From the human T2T-CHM13v2.0 reference genome, Homo sapiens: 64,000 nucleotides of DNA. The notes under the pieces were generated by a model. It worked only from the letters and a program-made list of their open reading frames with translations. It was not told the DNA's origin and did no database searches. Below, in pieces: positions 28,885-41,157 of this stretch. A program made the position numbers and the translations under genes. Numbering within the stretch: the first letter of the stretch is position 1; every line of letters starts with the position of its first letter. The stretch is from the NCBI RefSeq assembly GCF_009914755.1, contig NC_060947.1. One strand, written 5' to 3'.

Positions 28885-29110
28885 TCATTAACATGCCATT
28901 CTGAGCACAATTCTAAGCATTTTACATATATTATCTCGTTTCTTTCCACTGTAACCTTGCTAGATAAGTGCTATTATCATTCCCCTTTCACAGATGAGAA
29001 AAGTGAGATTCAGAGAAGGAAAATGAATCAGCCCAGGTCACAGAATGAGTGAGGAGTAGGACTCAGACCCAGCCTTGTGGAACTACAAAGTACATGGTCT
29101 TTACACAACC
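28885..29110 (-). mobile_element. MIR
   Basis: tattatcattcccctttcacagatgagaaaagtgagattcagaga. Confidence 0.75.
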
Positions 29111-30479
29111 TGTTTTTCCTCCTTGGTATCTGGGTTTCTCTGGGAAATGAGGAGGCTCCTTATTTCTCTGTTCCATACCCCATTTCCCCAGCCCTTCACT
29201 TTGGAGCCTCAGGACTGAGCCCAGCCTAAGAAGGTTTGGGCTTTGAGGAAAGAATCCCTTGACTTCTGCTTACTAAAAGCTGCCAAAGGTCAACAAGGCC
29301 CAGATCCTTCCACGGGTAGTGCCCTGCTCTGGGCTCAAGCCACCTAGTCTGGCTGCCTGCCAAAGACTTTCCATCCCCAAGGGGAGACTGCCCAGGAGAG
29401 ATGGCCATCTGGGAACAACCTTCCTGATGTTCCTTTGGCTACGCATTTTGCTGATTTCCTTAAGTGTGTTTTCTTATGGGGTTACTGTTTCTTTTCTGGC
29501 TTGGTTTGTGATTTGACTTCACTTCTGTTTATTTCTTATTATTTGGCCCAACACACTTGTTTTCATTTGACTTTTTTCTTCTCAGACTTCTGGCATACAT
29601 GACCTGTGGCTCATTTTGCCATACGATATGCCACCCTGTCTGTGTATTTTGTCTGAAGTTCTTGGAAGCCAAAACTTAAACATCATGAAAATAGGATCGG
29701 GGAGGGGGGAATTATTCAAGCTTTTTGACTTAGGCAAAGATCATCTTGTGAATGAAATACATAGCTGCTATTGAGATCATGTTACCTCAGTGGTTCAGTA
29801 CTTTCATAATGGATGAAAGTTGCCATTAGAAATGTAGCATCAACCACTTTAAAAAGAAATTAAAAAGTGAAGTGTTTCTGACCCTTTTTCTTTGGAGATC
29901 CAGGGATGCAGCAGACAAGGCTGGGTGATCACCAGCTCAGAACCCTGGGGAAAAGGAGAGACTTAACTCTCAGGCCTGAAATCTAGAGCATGGACCAGCT
30001 AGGATGGGGTAGGAGAAAGTGTAACAAGGCAGGGTGGACTCAGTCATTTCCCATAGAAGGTCATCATCACACTGAATATGGCATATTATATGTATGTGCT
30101 CAACTCCTAATCCAAGGTAATGTTCCAAAAATTTTTTTAAACCAAGCTAGTTTGTAGTCTGCCTGGACCTAATTATTTTCCTCACACATCCAAGAATGTG
30201 TTTGGAAGACTTGTAGCAGAAAAGATGAGATACTAAATAATGATACAATAGACTTGAGTTTTAGTTCTACTGAGAAAGAAAAGAAAAGGCCTAAATAATA
30301 AGCATCCTGGATTAAAGTGGGAAATATTTTCCAACGATCACAAAATACACAGAGGAGAAGGCCAAGTCGAGTAGATTCCAAACGTAACTAAATGCAGAGG
30401 ACAGTGAAGAGCTTTATAATGAGGCTGTACTGTTCTTGAATTTATTTAGAAGTCTTAACAGTTTGCTATGTGCTAAGGT

Positions 30480-30680
30480 TTTAGAATCAGTGAGGTCTGA
30501 GTTCAAGTCCTAGCTGTGCAGCTTACTAGCTGAATGATGTGGAGCATTCAGTTACTTTGTCTGTAAAATGAAAATAATAATGTGTATTATTTAGGGTTGC
30601 TGTGAAGTTCAACCGAGATAATGCATATAAAGTACTTAGTACAATGCTGACATACAACTTTTCAATAAGTGGTTATTCTT
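30480..30680 (+). mobile_element. MIR
   Basis: ctgagttcaagtcctagct...tctgtaaaatgaaaataataa...ataaagtacttagtacaatg. Confidence 0.75.
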
Positions 30681-31629
30681 CTGTGTTATTCTACCACGGC
30701 ATGTATTTCCTGTTAGCATTTGTTGAGAGCCTCATGCACACAGCCTAGCACCCTATGAAATCACAAATATTGTTTCATGTATACTTACAGTAAACATTGG
30801 AGAAGAGTTGCCTTATTGTTTACCTAATTCTATCTTTATAGAAATTGAAGTGAAGGCTGTCTTGACCAAAAGCATATGGGAAAGCAAGGGGCAAGAATCA
30901 AAGCTAAAACTGAAAGCTCTAGCAGCTCCTCTCCAACCTCTTTCTCTAGTATCTCCACTACCCCCAGAAGCATAGTGAAGAGGACCTAATACAGGCCCAG
31001 AGGGCCCAGGAAGGCTTCCCAGAGGAGATGCTAAGATCTGAGATTGTAAACTAGATGTGGAAAGAGGAGAAGGAATAGAGAGAACTTTAGATCTGGAAGA
31101 CAAAGAAAAGCAGAACCCCACACGGGGGTTTCCCCTCTTTCCTCTAACTTCTTTCCCAAAGAATGTTTACGTCCAGGGATTTGTTGCAAAGTCCCCACAA
31201 TCACTTCAGTTGGAGAAGTGGGTCTCAATGGGCATGTGTACATGCAACCTTCAGGGACTCAAGAATGCACCGACAACAAAATAAGTCCATCCATACCAGT
31301 CACTTGCATCAATACATAATAGATGTTTGTATGTTTAGAGAGATCGTAGAACAAAAAGTGTTCTATATCATTAACAACTGCACTTTGGAGTACCAAAATA
31401 AACAACATGCTGAAATGCATAGTAGTGCTCAATTTTGCTAGGTATAACAATATAAAAAATTCTATATAAAAATAAAAAATAAAAAATTCTGAGAATGTAG
31501 GAGCCAAGGTCAACTTGGAACTTAATTATAGGTTCAGGTTCTTGCAAACCACCAGCTCTGCTGTGCTCTTTTCTGAGGCAGGAAGGAGAAGGGATTGCCT
31601 CTTGTGGTTAAAGTCATTGCTATGGTGGA

Positions 31630-32140
31630 TCTTCAATGTGTTTGTGGGCCCATCGCCTCTTCCCTCTTTTTCTGGTAATAGCATGTTTCTTCCTTGGGAG
31701 GCCGCTCCTCCCTAACTTCATCCATGTGATTTCAGGGAGCTGCCCTTAATGCTATCCCACCCACCTGATCAGAGATGAGAGCATGTAACTGAAGCCTGGA
31801 CTTCCATAGTGCCACTTTCCTGTGAAAAGTGATTACTCAAGGGATGGGTGTGAGCTCCTAGCCAGGCTAATCAGTCATTTCCCTGGGCTTTTCTAAATAG
31901 AGCTGACAGGGAAGAGCTCTCTTTCCTTTTCTGGCCCCAAGACTGTGAGGACATAAGCCTAAAACATTTACACCAAGCTACCATCAGATGGAAAAAGCTC
32001 GTCTGTAGTAGGAGATGAGTCATGGTCCTGCTGGAGTTGAAATCCTTGGTTCTAGGGTGTTCCTGGGGCCAGCTCCCCTCCTGTGTTTCCCAGGCACAAG
32101 TTGTGTTTCTGTTATTTGCAGCTAGGAGTCTTAGATAATA
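31630..32140 (+). mobile_element. Old MaLR/ERVL LTR remnant
   Basis: Degenerate LTR ending gtttctgttatttgcagctaggagtcttagataata. Confidence 0.45.
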
Positions 32141-32499
32141 TGGAGAGAAAACTCAGCCAGATACATTCAGGACAAAACAACTGATAAAACTAAAGGGGTA
32201 ATAGAAGTCATCTATCCATTAGAGAACCTTTTAGAGGAGGGATTGTAGGGACTATGAATCAAGCAATGAAAACAAAAAGGATTGGGGGTAGATTAGAGCA
32301 ACCTTGACTGCCATGCTATCTACATTTCCTAGACTTCAGAGTGGAGCTGAGCTTCTTAACAAAACAACAAATTTGGACGTTTCGTCTCTGCACTGTACAC
32401 ATACTCGCATATTTTGTATAGTATTTCAGGAGGGTCACGAACCCCTTGAAGCTAATTAGGAACTGTCTTCTAAAGGCTATATGATGAAACTAGTGCTAA

Positions 32500-32742
32500 T
32501 GATGATGCTAGTGATTCAAATTTCCACTTAGCCTCTTGCTAGCTGTGTGTTGTTGTTTAACCTCTCCAAGTCATAGATACTTTATTTATAATACTGAAAT
32601 AATACAAAACATTGAATGTAACAGGAAAGTTCAGAATATTAAATTAGATCATATTATGTAAAGCACCTGGTACAGGGGTGGCTCACGGTTGCTACTCAAT
32701 AAATGCAGCCATCATCATCATCACCATCATCATTATCATCAT
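32500..32742 (+). mobile_element. MIR with (CAT)n tail
   Basis: ttatgtaaagcacctggtacag...ctcaataaatgc followed by (cat)n. Confidence 0.65.
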
Positions 32743-32837
32743 CAGGTTAGGCATTGGGATGCTTAAGGATTGATTCACTGAAGATACACAGATATCAAGT
32801 ATTTAACTTTCACAATCAACTTTATATTTAATCTTGA

Positions 32838-33194
<357 letters not shown>

Positions 33195-33295
33195 TGGAAA
33201 ACACTATATTTATTTAAGTATAAAAAGGACTCACATAAGAATATTTTTATCTATATCCCATACAATAAATAAGAAGTAATAGGTGTATATATCAT

Positions 33296-33674
33296 ATCAT
33301 GGGCTGAATTATGTCCCCCCCAAAATTCATATGTTAACATCTTAACCCCTAGTCCTTCAAAACGTGACTGTATTTGGAGATAGGTTCTTGAAAAGGGTAA
33401 TTAAGTTAAAATAAGGTCATTAGGGTGGTGCTTAATCCAGTAGAACTGTTATGAGAAGATTTAGACATAGATATGCACAGAGGAATGACCCTATGGGAAC
33501 ACAAGGAGAAAGTAGCCATCTTCAAGCCAAGGACAGAGACCTTAGGAGAAAACAACCCTGTCAATAATTTGATCTCAGACTTCCAGCCTCCAGAACTGCG
33601 GAAGAATAGATTTCTGTTGTTTAAGCCACCTAGTCTGTTATGCTTTATGGCAGCCCTAGCAGACCAAAACATAT
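33296..33674 (+). mobile_element. MLT1B-like solo LTR
   Basis: atgggctgaattatgtccccccaaaattcatatgtt...tatggcagccctagcagac. Confidence 0.87.
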
Positions 33675-34502
33675 GAATGGAGGTCCCAATCAATAGATAA
33701 CATCAATTTTCCGTTTAGTGTAAGTTGTGCCAACAGATGTAACCTGTTGTCTTCTCTGAGGTCCATTTGGATATAACCTGGGATGACATATCCCATAAAG
33801 CATGGTTCTAATGAGGTTAGGGCCAAGGAGTTCTTTCTGGGTACAGGTCACATGAGATTTACCTTGTTTCATGGTCAAACAGCAATCATTGAAAATAAAA
33901 CCAAGAAGACCTATCTGAATACAGTATATGGCTAGGTACAGTCCAAAACCATCAATCAAAAATAATAGAAGCAACATGTTCATTGACAAGGTCTAACACA
34001 CGTAACAGAATTTATATATCCTATATAATTTGTAATAGAATTTGCATAATTTGCTGTAGTTTTTGCTTAAATTTTTTTCCAAACTTCACAGGAACCCCTT
34101 ATGATTGCTATTTTTCTTTTTTCTACTCTTAAAGATGATGAAGTGAAAAGTCAGAGAAGGTCAGGAAAGAAAGTTGCAGAGGTACAGTTCAAACCTTTTT
34201 GACTCCGTATCCCATGCTCCTTTTACTACTTCCTGCTGCCTCGTCACATTCACATTTTACATGAACCTCAATTGCTGAAACCTTCTCAAAGCATCAGTAT
34301 CAAATATGAGATTTTTTTCACGGAGAGAGTGGCAGCCAATTGTCCTACAAGCTTGTGTTTATGAACTGAACACATGAAAAAAGTAGGTGGATATGAGATC
34401 TCCTGTCCAGAGTGTCAAAATGATTGGAAAGGTACAGATCTGAGAAGGAAGAATCTTTTCATCCTTATAATTTTATGTTATCCTGTGCAGTAACTATTTA
34501 AT

Positions 34503-34648
34503 GAGAGTCGGTGTGATCTCTCTGTGTTGACAGAAGTATACTTTTGTTATAGTAGAGAGTCCTACATTGCCTATAGTAGAGAGTCGGTGTGATCTCTCTG
34601 TGTTGACAGAAGTATACTTTTGTTATAGTAGAGAGTCCTACATTGCCT
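34503..34648. repeat. Perfect 70-bp tandem duplication with a 6-bp templated spacer
   Basis: 34503-34572 is identical to 34579-34648; spacer atagta. Confidence 0.95.
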
Positions 34649-35064
34649 TTTCTTAGCTTGAAGGTAATCCCTTGAATAACTGACCCTTGGTTGCATTTTA
34701 ATGCTGACCATCTAAGAGTGTAAATAAGAATTCATGAGAAAATTATTTAACTAGTAGAATTCTGTACTAGTAAAGCGCTGTCAACATCAGATAATTAAAT
34801 TGAAACATACAAAATTGTTGCATTAAATGCAGTAAGGTTTGATTGATTGGGAGTACATTAATGCATGATGATTTAATTTAGCTGATGTTAAATTTAATTT
34901 AGCTGACGTTTACCTCTGCACTTTCTCTGAAGAAAGAATGTGCTAAGAAAATTACTACAGCGTGAAGCAGCGGCCGCCATTCCAGGGAGCTTGCCAACGC
35001 CGTCGCAGGGGTGGATCCTGAGCTGCCGAAGCTGCCGTCCTGCTGTTTCCGCGTGGGTTTCTCT

Positions 35065-35392
<328 letters not shown>

Positions 35393-35599
35393 CCGCGTGG
35401 GCTTCTCTAATTCCATTGTTGTTTTGAGATTCGCTTGGGCCTAGCTGTCATCGCAGCCCTACATTCGGGCTGGGCGGTCCCGCGGCCTGGGCGTAGGGGC
35501 GTAACAGTAGCAACAGCAGCGGCGGTGGCAGCAGCCGCAGTCTCTTCCCAAACACGAGCACCACAGGCGCCCGAAAGCCGACAGAGGCGTTTAGAGAAA

Positions 35600-37188
35600 A
35601 TGGCAGACGATATTAATATTGAAGCAATGCTTGAGGCTCCTTACAAGTAGGATGAGAACAAGTTGAGCAGGGCCAACGGCCATGAAGAACGTAGCAAAAA
35701 AAGGAAAAAAAGCAAGAGCAGAAGTCGTAGTCGTGAACGAAAGAGAAGCAAAAGTAAGGAACGGAAGCAAAGTACAGATCGAGAAAGGAAAAAGAGCAAA
35801 AGCCGTGAAAGGAAGCGAAGTCGAAGCAGAGAGGCGACGGAGCCGCTCAAGAAGTCGAGATTGAAGATTTAGAGGCCGCTACAGAAGTCCTTACTGCGGA
35901 CCAAAATTTAACAGTGCCATCTGAGGAAAGACTGGATTGCCTTATAGTATCAAATTAAGCATAGGACGTTCCCGAAGCAAAAGTCCACTCAGAAAAGACA
36001 AGAGCCCTGTGAGGGAACCTATTGATAATCTAACTCCTGAGGAAAGAGATGCAAGGACAGTCTTCTGTATGCAGCTGGCGGCAGGAATTCGACCAAAGGA
36101 TTTGGAAGAGTTTTTCTCTACAGTAGGAAAGGCTCGAGGCGTGAGGATGATTTCCGATAGAAATTCAAGACATTCCAAAGGAATTGCTTACGTGGAGTTC
36201 GTGGGTGTTAGTTCAGTGCCTCTAACAATAGGATTAACTGGCCAACGAGTTTTAGGAGTGCCAATCATAGTACAGGCATCACAGGCAGAAAAAAACAGAG
36301 CTGCAGCCATGGCAAACAATGTACAAAAGGGAAGTGCTGGACCTAAGAGGCTTTAGGTGGACTCATTACACTTTTAACATAACTGAAGATACGCTTCGTG
36401 GGTTCTTTGAGCCTTTCGGAAGGATTGAAAGTATCCAGCTGACGATAGACAGTGAAACTGGTCGATCCAAGGGATATGGATTTATTACATTTTCTGATTC
36501 AGAATGTGCCAAAAAGTCTTTGGAACAATTTAATGGATTTGAACTAGCAGGGAGGCCAATGAAAGTTGGTCATGTTATTGAACGTGCTGATGCTTCGAGT
36601 ACTAGTTCATTTTTGGACAGTGATGAACTGGAAAGGACTAGAATTGATTTGGGAACAACTGGTCGTCTTCAGTTAGTGGCAAGACTTGCAGAGGATACAG
36701 GTTTGCAGATTCCACCAGCAGCACAGCAAGCTCTACAAATGAGTGGCTCTTTGGCATTTGGTGCTGTGGCAGAATTTTCTTTTGTTATGGATTTGCAAAC
36801 AAGACTTTCCCAGCAGACTGAAGCTTCAGCTTTAGCTGCAGCTGCTTCTGTTCAGCCACTTGCAACACAGTGTTTCCAACTCTCTAACATGTTTAACCCT
36901 CAAACAGAAGAAGTTGGATGGGATACAGAGATTAAGGACGATGTGATTGAGGAATGTAATAAACATGGAGGAATTATTCATATTTATGTTGACAAAAATT
37001 CAGCTCAGGGCAATGTCTATGTGAAGTGCTCATCAATTGCTGCAGCTATTGCTGCTGTCAATGCATTGCATGGCAGGTGGTTTGCTGGTAAAATGATAAC
37101 AGCAGCATATGTACCTCTTCCAACTTACCACAACCTGTTTCCTGATTCTATGACAGCAACACAACTACTGGTTCCAAGTAGACGATGA
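35600..37188 (+). pseudogene. RBM39: Disabled RBM39 CDS remnant
   Basis: ATG at 35600. TAG at codon 17 (35648-50), ~2-nt deletion near 35830, TGA at 35862 and 35922 (CGA>TGA), TAG at 36354, +1 frameshift near 36373, native stop at 37186-88. Confidence 0.93.
36319..37188 (+). other. Residual open reading frame (289 aa): partial RRM2 + linker + UHM of the RBM39 retrocopy; translation unproven
   Basis: ORF track: about 18 non-homologous N-terminal codons, then uninterrupted RBM39-like sequence to the native stop. Confidence 0.35.
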
Positions 37189-38036
37189 AGGAAGATATAG
37201 TCCCTTATGTATATAGCTTTTCTTCTTTCTTGAGAATTCATCTTGAGTTATCTTTTATTTAGATAAAAATAAAGAGGCAAGGATCTACTGTCATTTGTAT
37301 ACAATTCCCGTTACCTTGAAAAAATAAAAATGTTAACTGGAATGCAGTGTGCTCATTCTCCCTAAAGAGCAAATCTCACTGTATACAAAACTGTTCTCTT
37401 GTTCTGCCTTTTAAAATGTTCGTGTAAAAAAATTAATGAACTATAGGAATAGCTCTAGGAGAACAAATGTGCTTTCTGTAAAAAGGCAGACCAGGATGTA
37501 ATGTTTTTAATGTTTCAGAAGCCTAACTTTTTACACAGCAGTTACATTTCACATTTCACCAATGTTGATATTTGGCTAATGGTTGAGCAGGTTTCTGAAA
37601 TACACATTTAGTGTATGGGAATACAAGACAGCTAAAGGGCTGTTTGGTTAGCATCTCATCTTGCATTCTGATCAATTGGCAAGAAAGGGGGATTTCAAAA
37701 TTATAATATTTCTTGATGCTATCTTTTCAATTAATTTATCTGTAAAAGTTTCTTTGTAAATACTATGCGTTCTGGTGTGTCTTAAAATTCCAAACAAAAT
37801 GATCCCTGCATTTCCTGAAGATGTTCAGTGAGAGTCTGGTAAGCAAAGCAGTCTGAGAAAGAAATAGGAAATGCAGAAATAGGTTTTGTCTGGTTGCATA
37901 TAATCTTTGCTCTTTTTAAGCTCTGTAAGCTCTGAAGTATATTTTTGGGTTACTTCAGTGTGTTTGACAAGACAGCTTGATATTTCTATCAAATAAATGA
38001 CTTTCATATTGCAACAATCTTTGTAAGAACCACTCA

Positions 38037-38042
38037 AATAAA
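38037..38042 (+). terminator. Polyadenylation signal of the retrocopied mRNA
   Basis: AATAAA 16 nt upstream of the A tail. Confidence 0.85.
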
Positions 38043-38058
38043 AGTCTCTGAAAAAGGC

Positions 38059-38098
38059 AAAAAAAAAAGAAAAGAAAAGAAAAGAAAAGAAAAGAAAA
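38059..38098 (+). repeat. PolyA tail partly converted to (GAAAA)n
   Basis: A10 followed by 6 GAAAA units; the last merges into the TSD. Confidence 0.9.
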
Positions 38099-38334
38099 TT
38101 ACTATAGCATAAACAAGAATGGGTGAAGGTATTTCATCTTGAGTAAGCCAAAATAATTGTTTTAAGAAACCTTGGCACATTCATTGTAAACCAATCATAT
38201 CCGACCCATTATGTGGGTATGGAGTGGCTATGTGCCCAGTCTGTTGAATCAATCAGTGAATAAATGAATACAAAGCATGCAGATTTCCTACCCCCCTTGA
38301 AGAAGGCCCACAATTGTGTGTCTGCCCACCAAAA

Positions 38335-38511
38335 TGGTGGTTCTCAATGTGGTCCTCAGACCAGCAGCATCTGGGAGCTTGTTAGAAATGCTAATTCTCA
38401 GGCCGCAGCTCAGACCTACGGACTCAAACACTCTGGTGGTGGGGCTCAGCCGTCCCTGTTTTAATAAGCCCTCCAGGGGATTCTGATGCATGCTTAAGTG
38501 TGAGAACACTG
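38335..38511. mobile_element. MER5A hAT-Charlie MITE
   Basis: gtggttctcaatgtggtcc...gagcttgttagaaatgc...gattctgatgcatgcttaagtgtgagaacactg. Confidence 0.88.
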
Positions 38512-40092
38512 CACAAGAAAACGGCTGTTTGTTAGATGCCTCAGTGTTCTTAATTACACTCCAAAGAAAGAATTGTCGTTCTTTTTGAGTATTCTGTTCT
38601 TGAACTCTTTCACTGTTTCATAGAAGCATCTCCCCAATGAATTCAGGGATATGAACCACAACTTAGTGTTTGTTTTTAGTGATTCCAAGAGGTCAAACTG
38701 ATGCCCATTGTCCTGACAGAGGAATGAAGTCTTAGCTGCTGGGCCTGGCAGGCCTCCTGCTGGTTGAGGAGAATGGAAATTGACCAGGATGTGGAGCTCT
38801 CAAATGGTTGCAATAACTTCCAAATCTATTTTTTTCTTTCTCTTATTTAGGTTGTGTTGCAAATGAAATCCAATCCATATTTTCCCTAATTTACATTTAA
38901 AATGGTTCAAATGTTATGTTGATAGGAGATGAGTGAGTCCCCAAGAGACCTTATGAACCTACGAAAACTTAATCTTCAAAACAGGAAGTTGCACTTTACC
39001 CAGTGCAAACAAAGTTTAGCACGAAAAGGCCTGATTTGTATTTAACTTTCTTAGCCCAAAAATTTGGAATATATTTTAATTTTCAAAACACATTCTCTCC
39101 CATTCTCCCTACCATCATCAATCACATCTGCTGCCTTTCCTTCTCATATAAACTAAGTTGTGAGAGCTCTAACCTTATTTTCATAATCATATGCTTGTCT
39201 TTTATGGTTAAGGGATCATGAAACCCTGGAAATATACTAGTTACTTCTAAGATTAATTCAGTTCAACAACCATTTATTGTTGCCTGCACCAGGAAATAGG
39301 ACTGGCCTGTGGTGAGAAAGGAGATTTAAAAAAAAAAAAATCAGAAATGAGTTGATCTTAGCTGAGAAATGACTATTTGGTGCACTAAATATATGTTTGA
39401 TCATCATTTGCCCCGATTGCTTGAGAATAAGACATAGCCTCTATATTAGATCTCTGAAATTTTTTTGGAGATTCTGAAGAGAATCTCCATATTAGGGAAC
39501 AAGCAATTTAATTAGTGGCTAGAGGAGGAGGAGGAAAGAGAGAGAACTGTGGCAACCTGCCTAGGCCAGGACAGGATACAGTCAAGCTGTCTTGTACCCA
39601 ACTCCTCTATGTTCCCATGGTACTTTGTACATACTCCCATCTAGCACTCCCCCTCAAGGCAACTAACGCTTTACACATCTATTTCTCTTAATAGGACCAT
39701 GAGCCTTTTGAAGGCAGGGGCTGCTTTTTTTTCTCAAGGAATTTGTGTTGAGTTGCCCCTGCTGTTTGATACCATGTGCATACTTCAACTGGTTCTCTTA
39801 GGCTCTTTGCAACTTGAGGCCTCATGGAGGATTACAGAGATATTATCACTTTGGCCTTACACCCAGGAGAAGAGGTTCCCAGCCAGTGTAGGGCAGACCC
39901 TTTTTAATTTTAAAATGCCACAGTTTAGGAATTTTTTTTCCTTTATGGGAGCAGATGGCCAGTAACTAGGTGCGGAGGAAGAAGAGCCCTGAGGAAATAC
40001 GGTGAAAATAGGGAAGACAGAGAGATGAACCTCCCTCACCCCCACCTCCATCCCCACTCCATTCAGTGCCTCATCCCCAGCCAGCGTGTCAG

Positions 40093-40667
40093 TGTGCAAG
40101 TTATTATTGCTGCATAGCAAATCACCCCAAAATTCTGGCTTTAAAAAAGCAGCAGTCACTGTATTATCTTTCCAAGCTTTTGCAAGTCAGGAATTTAGGA
40201 AGGGCTCTATTGGGGTGGTTCTGGCATAAAATTTCTTGCTGCAGTTGCAGTCAGGTAGTAACTAGAGCTGGAATAGGTGGGGGACTGGAGCAACCAGGAC
40301 CTGGATGGGCATCTTTCTTACTCTTCATGAAGTCACAGGGCCTCTCCACATAGTCCCTCCATGTGGGACTTCCTAAAAGCATGGAGACTAGACTGTTTAC
40401 AGGGAGACCCAGGATGCCAAGCATTAGTGTTACAGTGAGCAAGGTGGAAAGTTGAGTGGCTTTTTATGAACTAACCTCAGAAGTCTCATTGTGTGACTTC
40501 TGTCATAGTTTATCGGTTGAATAGTGCCACAAAGCCCACCCAGTTTCACAGAGAGGGGACATGGCCACCCCTCCATGATGGAAGGAGTGTCAAAACCACA
40601 TTGTAGAAGAGTGCGTGAGATGGGAGATACTGTTTCAGACATCTTTGGGGAATATATGGTTTGCCAT
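40093..40667 (-). mobile_element. MLT1 (F/G-like) solo LTR
   Basis: tattgctgcatagcaaatcaccccaaaa...gtcaggaatttagg...catctttgggaa. Confidence 0.78.
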
Positions 40668-40908
40668 GGCCAGGAAGAGAGCTAATAGCTGTAACGTCTT
40701 TTTCCTTCCCACCAAAATGGTTTCCTTAACCCTCTTCTCTCCCCACCAACACACATACACACCCTGCACTTTTTATTCCAGTTACATTTTTGTTTTTGTT
40801 TTACACTGAAGGAATCTGGCATAACATTAATGTTAAGAAGCCTTAAGGTTTCTGTCTAAGGAATGTGAATTTAGGTTTCATAAAACTTAAAAATATCATA
40901 GGTTTGAG

Positions 40909-41157
40909 TGTTCACATAGATTCCCAAGTAATTTTCCCAGGAAATACTATTTCAAGTCCTGTTAGTGGGGAAAAAGGTAGATGAAAATCAATGTTGATGG
41001 GTAGTATTGTACAAAAAAATGTGTGCTTTGGGTTATATTACCACAGAGGTAGTTTCCTGTGGAAACTTTTTCCCCCTAAAAAAGGTTTGACTGTTCAACA
41101 GTGAAACCTGTTCACATACATTCCCAAGTAATTTTCCCTGGAAATACTATTTCAAGT
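40909..41157. repeat. Two 49-bp direct repeats (47/49 identical) flanking a 151-bp insert
   Basis: tgttcacata(g/c)attcccaagtaattttccc(a/t)ggaaatactatttcaagt at 40909-40957 and 41109-41157. Confidence 0.92.

Noticed and set aside
34871-34910. 19-bp tandem repeat upstream of the retrocopy (similar one at 13142-13176)
   Set aside because: An ordinary slippage duplication outside the TSD, unrelated to the insertion.
35435-35650. 71-aa ORF extending the RBM39 N-terminus
   Set aside because: It starts at TTG in 5'UTR-derived sequence and ends at the premature stop at codon 17.
35937-36356. 139-aa ORF containing RRM1
   Set aside because: A TTG-started interval between two nonsense mutations of the pseudogene; not an independent gene.
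40909-41157. Repeat-spacer-repeat resembling CRISPR
   Set aside because: Only two units, a 151-bp spacer, primate DNA and no cas genes.
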